Below, piece after piece: positions 39,991 to 51,497 of a DNA stretch of 64,000 nt (the first letter of the stretch is position 1; the number at the start of each line of letters is the position of its first letter). The stretch spans positions 7,874,001 through 7,938,000 of the forward strand of contig OY740825.1 in NCBI GenBank assembly GCA_963514005.1, written 5' to 3'. Origin of the DNA: Raja brachyura. Taxonomy: Eukaryota. A program made the position numbers and the translations under genes. The notes beneath the pieces were generated by a model. The model was given only the letters and a program-made list of their open reading frames with translations. It had not been told where the DNA came from and ran no database searches.

Positions 39991-41792
39991 TGGGACATCT
40001 TGATCGCCACGGACGCGATGGGCCGAAGGGGTTGTTTCCGACTATGGAAACGTAGGAAATAGGTGCAGGAGTAGGTAATTCGGCCCTTCCAGCCAGCACC
40101 GTCATTAAATATGATCATGGCTGATCATCCAGAATCAGTACCCCGTTCCTGCTTTCTCCACATATCCCCTGATTCATTTAGCCCTAAGAGCTAAATCTAA
40201 CTCTCTCTTGAAAACATCCCGTGAGTTGTCCTCCACTGCCTTCTGTGGCAGTTTTCTACAGATTCACAACTCTCTGGGTGACGTACCTGTGTGCGACCGA
40301 CTATGGAAAATTGGAGAGTGAACTCATTGAGATATTTACCAAGTTCGAATCGTGAAAGAGAACTTTGAGGTCTGGAGTGTCAGAATTGTTGCAGTTCCTA
40401 ATGCTCCGTCTATCCCCTGCATTTCCTAATGTTCGTAGTTATTGAACATTGCTGAGCAACACGTTCTAAAGTAAGTAATATTCCTAAAGTTCCTAAAGGA
40501 AGGAGCTGCAGACGTTTACACCGACGATAGACGCAACACTGGAGTAACTCAGCGGGATAGTCACCATCTCTGGAGAGAAGGGAAAAGGGTCTGACGAAAG
40601 GTGCCGATATGAAACGGCACATATTCCTTCTCTCCAGAGATGCTGCCTGTCCCCCTGAGTTACTCCACTATTTTGAGTCTATTTTCGAAAGTTATTGCCG
40701 ATTGCATCAGGTATTTCTTAATGTCCCCCAACCCTTAAGGCCCATAACATCACTTGTCAAACCCCGTCTTGTCTCTCATTTATAAACTCTGCTGCTCCCT
40801 GCAGTTACAGACTCCCCGACTGCAGGCGATTTGTTCTTGCCGAGTCCCCCCCCCCACCCCACCCCCCCACCCCTTACACCCCCCCCCCCCCCACCCCCCT
40901 CAATCTCCCGAAATATCTCCAAAATCAATTGAACCACTCTTTACAATTCTAACTCAAGGCAACATCACCAGGTCTCAAGGGAACTAAAAGGGAAATAAGA
41001 TCGCACATGAAAAAAACGTTAAAGCTAGTTTGAGCAAGGTTGTTTATAAAGGAGCTCCTATATTATTCTGTTTAAGAAAGAACTGACGATGCAGGAAAAT
41101 GGAAGGTAGACAAAAATGCTGGAGAAACTCAGCGAGTGCGACAGCATCTATGGAGCGAAGGAATAGGCGACGTTTCGGGTCGAGACCCTTCACAAACATG
41201 CTGGAGAAACTCAGCGAGTGCGACAGCATCTATGGAGCGAAGGAATAGGCGACGTTTCGGGTCGAGACCCTTCACAAACATGCTGGAGAAACTCAGCGAG
41301 TGAGGCAGCATCTATGGAGAGAACGAATAGGCGACGTTTCGGGTCGAGACCGTCTTCAGACTATTCTTGTCACTCCACGGTCCGCTGCTCCGGGTGTCGG
41401 CCAATCCGCGGCCCCTATTGCTGCAGCGTGTCCTTTGACCCCGTGTACACCAGGCCGGATGTTGCATATCATTAATTCACTTGAATCGTTTTATTTATAA
41501 TATTTTTAATTTACATACAGACTAAATCAACATCTCCATACAAAAATAAAGCTCTTAGATGAGAGGAATCGAAGAATTGCACATGCCTTGCTAAAAGCCT
41601 CTGCCCTTTAGGTTTCGAACATTCCTGAATAGTGGGATTAATATGAGTCTGACATTACATTATTTTATTTGCATTCCTGGCACCGAGCCACAGAGATTCA
41701 GGCAACCCCGGAATATTCACAGGGGGTGTAGTGTTGCCGCTGCCTTGGGCCCTCTCTTCACAATCCATCGTTGGCAGAAAACAATCTGGTTC

Positions 41793-44700
41793 TCACCTGC
41801 CGGCGGGAGGCGATGTGGCGAACTGGACCGAGGCGTAAACAATGGGCTCTGGGGGCTGCAATGTACATTAGCCATTGGTATTTTTAAATATCGTTCACAA
41901 CGCCCTAACATTCCTCAACGATCGGGCAGTATAAACGTGACTACGCCGAGCTTCTATTAGTCACATTCTCCAAGAACTCCAGCAGATTCACATCCATAAT
42001 TCCACGTTAACTCTGCTCAGACCCATTAATCATTTACATCCGTTCCAAAACATCAGGTCTGTGTTTCTTTTAATAACGGAGCAGTCCTCAAATAGTGTCT
42101 ACCTCACTGGTGACCCTCGGACTATCTTTGATCAGACTTTACTGGTTTTAACTTGCACTGACCGTTATTCCCTTACCACGTGTCTATACGAGTGTTGTCT
42201 TTCAGCTGACTGGATAGCAAGCAACAAAAGCTTTTCACTGTACCTCGGTACACGGAACAATAAACCAAACTGAGTTCATCACACATACCTGCGCCGCACT
42301 TCCACGCCCTTGTCTTCTTTCCCTTTGGCGGTCGATGCCTGTGTGTTCATGGCGAAGAGAAGGAATTCAGAATATTATTTGGTCCTGACAATTTATAGTC
42401 AGTTACCGAGATGGCTTACATGTCAACAATCGCCGAGTTAACAGTGATCCCTAGTATATTAACCGTCCGTCTATGCCAATTAGTTCCATTAATACACAAT
42501 AAACAAACTGTCATAAACCGTCTTATTCCTTCCTTAACATTCCCACAATATGCCCCTGCTCCTCAAATATGTCGGATCACCCAACATGAGAATGTTTTCC
42601 TAAAATCCCATGGACCCTGCAATGATCTCCCTAGATGGACGAAGGCCGAATACTTTAAAACATTACAAGATCCCAATGTCTTCAACGCCCTCGCGCCCGC
42701 TCCAGAGCCTTTCCAACAGAGTTCCCACTAATGACGGGAAACACATTGCCTGGAACTTCATACACACCACCCCGCATATTTCAACCCACCATGACCTCAA
42801 TCTATTGTTAAAGAAGGAACTGCAGATGCTGGAGAATCGAGGGTTACACAAAAAGCTGGAGAAACTCAGCGGGTGCAGCAGCATCTAAGGAGCGAAGGAG
42901 ATAGGCGACGTTTCGGGTCGAGACCCTTCTTCAGTCTGAAGAAGGGTCTCGACCCGAAACGTCGCCTATCTCCTTCGCTCCTTAGATGCTGCTGCACCCG
43001 CTGAGTTTCTCCAGCTTTTTGTATGACCTCAATCTAATTCACCTCCCTGCCCGCCCTACTCTTTCTAGCCAATTATTTCTGAAATCATTGACAGACGAGT
43101 TAGGAACCTGGAGCCAGAGTGATACAGCGTGGAAACAGGCCCCTCGGCCCCACCTGCCCACACCGGCCAACATGTCCCAGCTACACTAGTCCCACCTAGT
43201 CATAGAGCGATACAGCGTGGAAACAGGCCCCTCGGCCCCACCGGCCAACATGTCCCAGCTACACTAGTCCCACCTAGTCATAGAATGATACAGTGTGAAT
43301 ACAGGCCCCTCGGCCTCACCGGCCAACATGTCCCAGCTACACTAGTCCCACCGGCTCACGCTTGTTCCCTGGAGAAGGGACCGCCATGGGTTATAGGGAT
43401 AGGGCTGGGAATCGCGAGCCCTCACCTGCTCTGCGGGTTTTACAGATCCAGATAGGAATGAGGATGAGTAAGAAGACGAGGACCATCGAGAGGCCGATCG
43501 CTGTGATGTCACACCAGGCTAGTGAATGAGAAATGTTACTCAGTGAAATGATGATGGTGATGATGATAGTTTATTCTCGCTTGTTCCAGGTGCGGCGACA
43601 AGGTGCACAAACAAGACGCCACAAAGGAGCCGACAGATTTACTAAAAGTACTTATCCCTTCTCCCTACTCCATCCCAGTGTTGGGGGAGTCCAGAACAAG
43701 GGGTCACAGTCTAAGGATAAGGGGGAATTCCTTTAGGAGCGAGATGAGGAAAACATTCTTTACACAGAGAGTGGTGAGTCTCTGGAATTCTCTGCCACAG
43801 AAGGTAGTTGAGGCCAGTTCATTGGCTATATTTAAGAGGGCGTTAGATGTGGCACTTGTGGCTAAAGGGACCAGAGGGTATGGAGAGAAGGCAGGTACAG
43901 GATACTGAGTTGGATGATCAGCCATGATCACATTGAATGGCGGTGCAGGCTCGAAGGGCCGAATGGCCTACTCCTGCACATATTTTTCTATGTTTCTATG
44001 TTCTCGTGCGAATACTTTAACAAAATAGGTCACCACCAATCTAAGGAGCTAAAATAGACTATTAGACCAAACTCACAAGCCCTGGTGCTGGATCCCAGAT
44101 GAGCAGATATTACTGAACAGGCCTCACCCACTCCAGTAATACTGTAAACCCGAAGGATGCCATGTCAACGACCGAAGGGCATAGCTTTAAATTTACAGGA
44201 GCAAAGATTAAAGGTGATGTAGGTGGGGTCAATATTTTATACGGGTGATGTTGGGGGCCTGGAGCGCGCCGCCACGTGTAGTGGTGGGGACAGATGCGAC
44301 CGTGGCCTTTAAGATGCATTTACACAGAAACATGAAGATGCCGGGAATGGAGGGATATCGACCACCAGCAGGCAGAGGAAATTAATTGTACTTGGCATCA
44401 CGGTCGTCATGGACATGGCGGGCAAAAGGGCCTGTTCATGTGCTGTTGCATATTTTATGTTTAATAAAAGATCAGAAAATCGTGGCAACATTTTAACTAA
44501 TTAAAGGATGACAGCGCGTCGCGGCACACGAGAACATTTAGCGGGTCATTAAATTGGATTTGCCAATCAGTTTAGTTTAGTTTAGTTTAAACATGCAGCG
44601 TAGATACAGGCCATTCGGCCCACCGCCGGTACAGTAGTTGTTGCAAACACACTCGGACAATTTAGGGATCCAATTAAGCCACAAAGTTGCACGTCTGTGA

Positions 44701-46481
44701 TTGAAGCGCGAGCTACGATTGAATGGCGGAGTAGACATGATTAGCCAAATGACCCAATTCTTCTCGTAGAACCTCAGTTGATGAACTTGCTGGGTTTGAT
44801 ATTATTGGGGATGGAGAGAGGGGCTGTGGGAGCATTCGTGGACTTCGTCAGTTTAAGAAGCAAGTTAATTTTCAATGCCCCAAAGTGCGACTCATATAAA
44901 TCCCGACAAAATGCACAAACACAAGATGACACCACAGATGCACATAATATGACCTGTGCGGTGCACCAGCTCACCGTGGTCTGGGGTGGGGACGGGACGG
45001 GACACACTCTTGGCCCGGGTGTTGTCGGCGCCCCCCAGTTGCACAATGCAAGTACAGGTCTCCCCGCCCCACCAGACTCCAGGCGGGACCCACACTTGAC
45101 TTCTAACGCTGTGGCTGTGATCCGGCTCAATCCTGCCCGAGTCACTCCGTCCCTCCGTCAGCTGTCCCGAGATGTTCCAGTAAATGACAACCACGCTGGA
45201 GGAAAGGCCGCTGACCCGACACACCAGGGGGACCGAGCCGTTTGTCTCAGACTGCGGCACAAACACCAGCAGACGGGTCTCGTCAGTGGAGCTGTCTGGG
45301 AGGAGATTGGGACACAGTTAAGGCGGGGTTCGGCGACACTGCAAGTCTGTGCATCGTTCTACCGTCGCCTGTTCTTACCTCCGACAAGAAGCGTGATTCC
45401 TCTCGGGAACTCTGCATTGTTCTCCGGTCCAGAGCAGTAATAGATACCCGAGTCCTCAACCTGGGCGTCCCGGATTTCCAGAGAGGACATGTTATTCCCG
45501 GGACCTTTTCTTAAAGTCGCCCTGCAGCCGGTCTGTGCGCAGTCGGTGATCTTGATTACTGTCGGGGCCTCGTCCGCACGCTGTTTGTACCAGAGAACGT
45601 GGGTCGCGATTTCCACTGGGTACACTGTCATACAGGACAGTTTAACCGTCTGACCGACATCAGCAGTCACAACATCCCCGGCCCCCGGCAGAGAGGACTC
45701 GAATCCTGCAACTGGAAACATATCCATTACATTAAAGTTATCTGTTATGTGACGCAGGAACTCGGACAGAAACGCGATGCCAGCAATTTAAGAAATTCGC
45801 AGTAATGGGAGGTCGCATTTGTTGTTTCAGAATTCTTTGCAATAACCTACATTAACGTGATCAAATTGGAAAAACTAGAAGGTAGTTGAGGCAAAAAACG
45901 ATACAACATGCTGGAGTAACTCAGCGGGTCAGGCAGCATCTGTGGAGAACATGGTTAGGTGACATTTCGTATCGGGACACTTAATCTTTTTGGAAACCGG
46001 TAAAAACAGTTCATTATGTCCACGTAATGGAAAGAGTAAAAATCTATCGATATAGATATTATCGCGGATATATATATCTGAAGAAGGGCCTCGACCCGAA
46101 ACGTCACCCGTTCCTTCTCTCCAGAGATGTTGCCTGTCCCGCTGGGCATTTTGTGTCTGCTATATATATATATATATATATATGGATAACAGATACACTT
46201 ACATATACAATACAGATTGATTGTATGAAGTAGGGCTGATTTCTCCACTGGGATGGGGCCCTGGGCGCGAACAGTTAGGAAGGTTGGTAACCATCCCCAC
46301 TTTGTTAGCATCAACCCCTGGCTTTCTGACCAACCAACATTCCCCCTTGCCGGGCCACCGACATTGACAAGTGCGATTCTCCGGCAACTTCCTCCTGATC
46401 CCATGGAAACGTCCCCACCCGGACTCACTCACCGCATAGCCGGAACATCTGTACAACGAAGACCAGAGGCACAGCGTCCAT
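41793..46481 (-). CDS. IgSF gene C: non-rearranging V-C1-TM-ITIM receptor, about 302 aa
   Basis: Exons (-) 46481-46433 (leader MDAVPLVFVVQMFRLC), 45711-45379 (V; alternative acceptor at 45705), 45295-44975 (C1), 43518-43426 (TM), 42338-42289 and 41855-41793 (PPEPIVYASVQFATSPPAGR*). 909 nt, in frame; AATAAA on the - strand at 41664-41669. Confidence 0.87.
42805..43022. mobile_element. Young Penelope-type inverted terminal-repeat insertion with a 14-bp TSD
   Basis: Perfect 87-bp arms (42848-42934 and 42936-43022); atgacctcaatcta at 42791 and 43023. Confidence 0.8.
43426..43518 (-). CDS. Gene C stalk and transmembrane exon
   Basis: AWCDITAIGLSMVLVFLLILIPIWICKTRRA; bounded by cactag and gtgagg. 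Confidence 0.85.
43677..44000 (+). mobile_element. CR1 3' end
   Basis: ESRTRGHSLRIRG...FFTQRVVSLWNSLP plus a (tttctatg)n tail. Confidence 0.9.
44975..45295 (-). CDS. Gene C C1-type Ig exon
   Basis: LLVFVP...VPLVCRVSG...IYWNISG...DHSHSVRSQVWVPPGVWWGGETCTC; follows the V exon after an 83-nt intron. Confidence 0.88.
45379..45711 (-). CDS. Gene C V-set exon with degenerate J-like G strand
   Basis: GQTVKLSC...VLWYKQ...SLEI...EDSGIYYC SGPENNAE FPRGITLLVG. Confidence 0.9.
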
Positions 46482-47352
46482 GGAGATGTGGTCGGCTGGC
46501 ACTGCGTTCCCGGCCAGGTGTCCGACTGAGGTGAGTTGAGTTTCTTTGGTTGGAACTTGAGCCTCTGGCGGATGCTCGGTGCCAACTACCGGGGGCGGGG
46601 CCGCCGGGTCCAGGACCGCTTGGGAACGATTGACAGGAGATAAAGAGGATGTCAGGCGGAGATCGTGGCCGTGTGTGCATTCCTGTAGACAGAGAAGGAG
46701 CGTCACTTTAAAGGTCACATCTGCCTGGTGCCCCTGCCCGATGCGGGGCTGCTGAGGCGAGGCAACTCTCACGTTACTGGCTCTGCTTCTGGCTCTAGTT
46801 GATGACACCTCATCATTGGTTATTTGGCGCGGGTCGGAGTGAGTAGAGTAGTGTGATTACATTTTGAAGTGGGCCTTTTGACCAAGTTGAGGAGATCTAG
46901 TTGCTGAATCCTCTTTTGAAATGACTGAACATCGGGAGCAGCGCGTGTGTTGGGTGGCAACATGTTCCATTCCCCTATCGTCCTTGGCTAAAGGGAATAT
47001 TGGTAGCAAAATTTATTGGTGATGTAGGGACCGTTATTTCGACGTTTCATGGCAGCTGGTGCTCTGGGATGACGGGAGATTTGATGGCGTGAGTTTGTGA
47101 ATGTCCTTGTATATTGCAAACGGAAGGAGATGCCGGGTTTACACCCAGTGACGACATGTTTCCAAGTCAGGATAAGGGGAACACGCGAGTGGCGGTGTTT
47201 CCGTGGCCACTGTTTGGTGCGACTGGTCCCGAGTGTCCCAGCCGGCTAACCGCAGGTTATTTCTGGATGTCACTTTACATTGGGTCGCATTGAGTTAGTG
47301 GTGTTCTGAATCGCACTGATACGCACAGGCAAAGGGTATTCCAGCGCCATAG

Positions 47353-48782
47353 TTCCTGAGGATTGGAGGGTAGCTAATGTAACCCCACTTTTAAAAAATG
47401 GAGGGAGAGAGAAAGCGGGGAATTACAGACCAGTTAGTCTAACATCGGTAGTGGGGAAACTGCTAGTCAGTTATTAAAGATGGGATAGCAGCGCATTTGG
47501 AAAGTGGTGAAATCATTGGACAAAGTCAGCATGGATTTACAAAAGGTAAATCATGTCTGACGAATCTTATAGAATTTTTCGAGGATGTAACTAGTAGAGT
47601 GGATAAGGGAGAACCAGTGGGTGTGTTATATCTGGACTTTCAGAAGGCTTTCGACAAGGTCCCACATAAGCGATTAGTCTATAAACTTAAAGCACACGGT
47701 ATTGGTGGTTCGATATTGATGTGGATAGAGAACTGGCTGGCTGACAGGAAGCAAGGGGTAGGAGTAAACGGGTCCTTTTCAGAATGGTAGGCAGTGAGTA
47801 GTGGGGTACCGCAAGGCTCAGTGCTGGGACCCCAGCTATTTACAATATACATTAATGATTTGGACGAGGGAATTGAATGCAACATCTCCAAATTTGCAGA
47901 TGACACCAAGCTACGGGGTGTGAGGAGGATGCTAGGAGGCTGCAGGGTGATTTGGATAGGCTGAGTGAATGGGCAGATGCATGGCAGATGCAGTATAATG
48001 TGGATAAATGTGAGGTTATCCACTTTGGGGGCAAAAACATGAGGGTAGACTACTATCTGAATAGTGGCAGATTAGGAAAAGGGGAGATGCAACGAGACCT
48101 GGGTGTCATGGTACACCAGTCATTGAAAGTAGGCATACAGGTGCAGCAGGCAGTGAAGAAAGCAAATGGTATGTTAGCATTCATAGCGAAAGGATTTGAG
48201 TATAGGAGCAGGGAGGTTCTACTGCAGTTGTACAGGGTTTTGGTGGGGCCACACCTGGAGTATTGCGTATAGTTTTGGTCTCCAAATCTGAGGAAAGACA
48301 TTCTTGCCATAGAGGGAGTACAGAGAAGATTCACCAGACTGATTCCTGGGATGTCGGGACTTTCATATGAAGAAAGACTGGATAGACTCGGCTTGTACTC
48401 GCTGGAATTTAGAAGATTGAGGGGTTGGACAGGTTAGATGCAGGAAGATTGTTCCCGATGTTGGGGAGTCCAGAACAAGGGGTCACAGTCTAAGGTTAAG
48501 GGGGAATTCCTTTAGGACCGAGATGAGGAAAACATTTTTTACACAGAGAGTGGTGAGTCTCTGGAATTCTCTGCCACAGAAGGTCGTTGAGGCCAGTTCA
48601 TTGGCTATATTCAAGAGGGAGTTGGATGTGGCTCTTATGGCTAAAGGGATCAGGGGGTATGGAGAGAAGGCAGGTACGGGATACTGAGTTGGATGATCAG
48701 CCATGATTATATTGAATGGCGGTGCAGGCTCGAAGGGCCGTTTGGCCTCTACTCCTGCACATATTTTTCTATGTTTCTATGT
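47353..48782 (+). mobile_element. CR1 LINE ORF2 (RT) 3' portion with stops and deletions
   Basis: NYRPVSL, SQHGFTKGKSCLTNL, YLDFQKAFDKVPH and FADD motifs; nearly the same sequence as the 22640-23770 copy. Confidence 0.93.
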
Positions 48783-48939
48783 GTCCTGGAGATTGTGGAA
48801 ACGCTGTGCGGCAGATGACACCACAGATGACACCAACCTCTGGTCTGTTCTTCAAACCTCCACAGTCACTTCCAGTAAACGGCGATCCCACGGTGTTACC
48901 TTTGGGGATTCGGTGCAATGCTACTGAATAGTGCGGTAA

Positions 48940-49236
48940 GGTGGCGGAGCATTAGTTGCTGCCTTACAGGGCCAGAGACACTGGTTCGATCCTGACCACG
49001 GGTGCTGTCTGTACGGAGTTTGTACGTTCTTCCAGTGACCTGCGTGGGTTTTCTCCGAGATCTTCGGCTTTTTCCTGCACTCCAAAGACGTGCAGGTTTG
49101 TCGGTTAATTGGCATGGTGCAAATGTAAAAGTGTCCCTTGTGTGTGTGGGATAGTGTAGATGTGCGGGGATTGCTGGGCGGTGCGGACTCGGTGGGCCGA
49201 AGGGCCTGTTTCCGCGCTGTATCTACAAACTAAACA
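48940..49236 (+). mobile_element. tRNA-derived SINE
   Basis: GGTTCGATCC B box, conserved body and an aaactaaac tail. Confidence 0.8.
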
Positions 49237-50109
49237 AAATATCAAGGCAGGTTGTTGATCTTTCTTGTTTTGATGGTTGGCGCTCTGGGCCTACGCGCCT
49301 GCGGCGTTGCTTTGTAAGTATTAGTCCAGGTCAGCACGTCGGTCCACGCCTGGGCGACTTAGTTGGCATGTGGCCATCTGCGAGAGACGATGGTGCAGCT
49401 TTGTGCAGCAAAGATAGACACAAAATGCTGGAGTAACTCAGCGGGACAGGCAACATCTCTGGAGAGAAGGAATGTGTGATATTTGGGGTCCAGACCCTTC
49501 TTCAGATGTTGCCCAGTTTGGGGGGGGGAGGGGAATCTGTGGCTGACGAGACCCACCCTTGAGAGGTAGACCCTCTCACAGCTGCCACGAGTGAAGTTGC
49601 CTATGGACATTGGGATGTGCATTGCTGGTTCCCTTACTCATTTAGTGGCGTTGGCGCCTCGCCTTCAGGGCCATGATGGACAGGCAAGCAGGATGTAATG
49701 CCGGACTCTGTAAATGAGGTTTATTCGCACATATGCGCTCGCCGTTCAGTTGAACCCATCCTGGTCGTTGCAATGAGCCCAGCGCGCACTCGCCGTGGTC
49801 TAACGGGTTGACCTTTGGGCAGGAGCACAGAGCGTAAACAGGAAACCCACACAGAGGACTAGCTCGATGGCTTTTGCCACCTCAAGCGACAATCTTGATG
49901 AGATTGTGGGTCAATGATTGTTGCATCAGTGAACGTGTTTTTTAAGTCTCTGATTGTGTGAAAGGTCAAACTGATGCAAATCTCTGAATGTGGGACAGGT
50001 CGTGTGTGAGTTTAACCCCAACTGTCAATGTCTGCGCCAGCCATCCCTCTGTAGCCTCCTGGTGCCACTCCTCTCGGCAACTGGGACAATGTAGAATAGA
50101 TCCGTGTTA

Positions 50110-50533
50110 GCTGGGTGAAGGTAAACGCAAAGCAAACAGAGATAAAATGCAGTCGAAGTCAATAAGACTGGTCGGAGAAGGGAGAGAGACGGAGAGAGAG
50201 GGAAGGAAAGGATTATTTGAAGTTAGAGAAGTCAATATTCATACAGCTGGGGTGTAAGCTACCCAAGCAAAATACGAGGTGCTGTTCCTCCAATGTGCGC
50301 TGGGCCTCACTCTGACAATAAAGGAGGCCCAGGACAGAAAGGTCAGCGTGGGAATGGGAGGGAAAGTGTTGAGCAACCGGGAGATCAGGTTGGTTCAGGC
50401 GGACTGAGCGGTGGAGTGCAGCGTAATGATAGCCGAGCCTGCGCTTGGTCGCGCCGATATATAGGAGTGCACACCTGGAACAGCAGGTACAGGAGATGAG
50501 GTTGGAGGAGATGCAAGTGAACCTCTGCCTCAC
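50110..50533 (-). mobile_element. Penelope-like element, GIY-YIG endonuclease fragment
   Basis: FTCISSNLI...CSRCALLYIGATKRRL...PVAQHF...EQHLVFCLGSLHPSCMN. Confidence 0.85.
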
Positions 50534-51300
50534 ACGAAAAAATGTTTTCAAGAGAGAGTTAGATTTAGCTCTTAGAGGTAACGGAATCAAGGGATATGGA
50601 GAGAAAGCAGGAAAGCAGAAAGCAGGGGTACTGATTTTGGATGATCAGCCGTGATCATATTGAATGGCGGTGCTGGCTCAAAGGGCCGAATGGCCTCCTC
50701 CTGCACCTATTTTCCATGTTATGATTTATGAACGTGGATAGTTGACATGTCTGTCGGCTTCCTTCTTCAGATGCGTTTCAAACACCCCTTGTTAACTCCA
50801 ACGTTGCAAGTACTTCCAGTTGTTTTGGTAGTTTCATCATTTATGAAAGTTAATAAAATTGGTTTCGAATTGTTTGTGCTTATCCGAATTTTGTTTCATT
50901 ATTTTTTTTCTTTCTTTCCGGATTTGTAAATATGTTCGGACGCATTTGATTGACTCAGAAATGTCAATGAATTTTAAAAAGACAACCTGTTCATGTTTGA
51001 AGGGTCTCGACCTGAAACGTCGCCCAGTCCTTCTCTCCAGAGATGCCGCCTTTCCCGCTGAGTTACTCCAGCTTTTTGTGTCTATCACTGACGTCGATCC
51101 TGATACCCTGCCCGTGAGAGCGAGGTCCACGTCACCGCCATTGTGTGCGTCAAGTCAAACTGGAATGAAAGGACTAATGCTAAATTAAAATCACAAACGC
51201 ACAATAGTAGGAAAAGAGCATATACCGTACAGGTGAAATGGACTTAAAAGGGGAGGAGTGCCGTGTATGTAATAGAAAAGGTATTACCTGCCTCCAAGTT

Positions 51301-51497
51301 AAAGGGGGAGGAGTGTTAGGTATGGGATAATTAGGATAAGTAATTGGTGTCTTGTGATGTCTGGGGCAAGTACGCATGAGCGAGAGAGACTGGAGGTGGC
51401 GTCCTGCAGAGGAGAAGCTTGTATGATTCCTCCCGTGTCCGAGCCTTTATTCAAGACTGTTCACAGCATCTGAATACACAACAATTGGCGACGAGGA
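51301..51497 (+). mobile_element. Gypsy-type LTR (51314-51483) with PPT and PBS
   Basis: AAAGGGGGAGGAG|TGTT...AACA|AT TGGCGACGAGG. Confidence 0.6.

Noticed and set aside
24238-46481. A rearranging TCR or Ig light-chain locus
   Set aside because: V and J lie in one exon, no RSS or separate J segments were seen, each V has its own C1, TM and Tyr-bearing tail, and the TMs lack the TCR basic residues.
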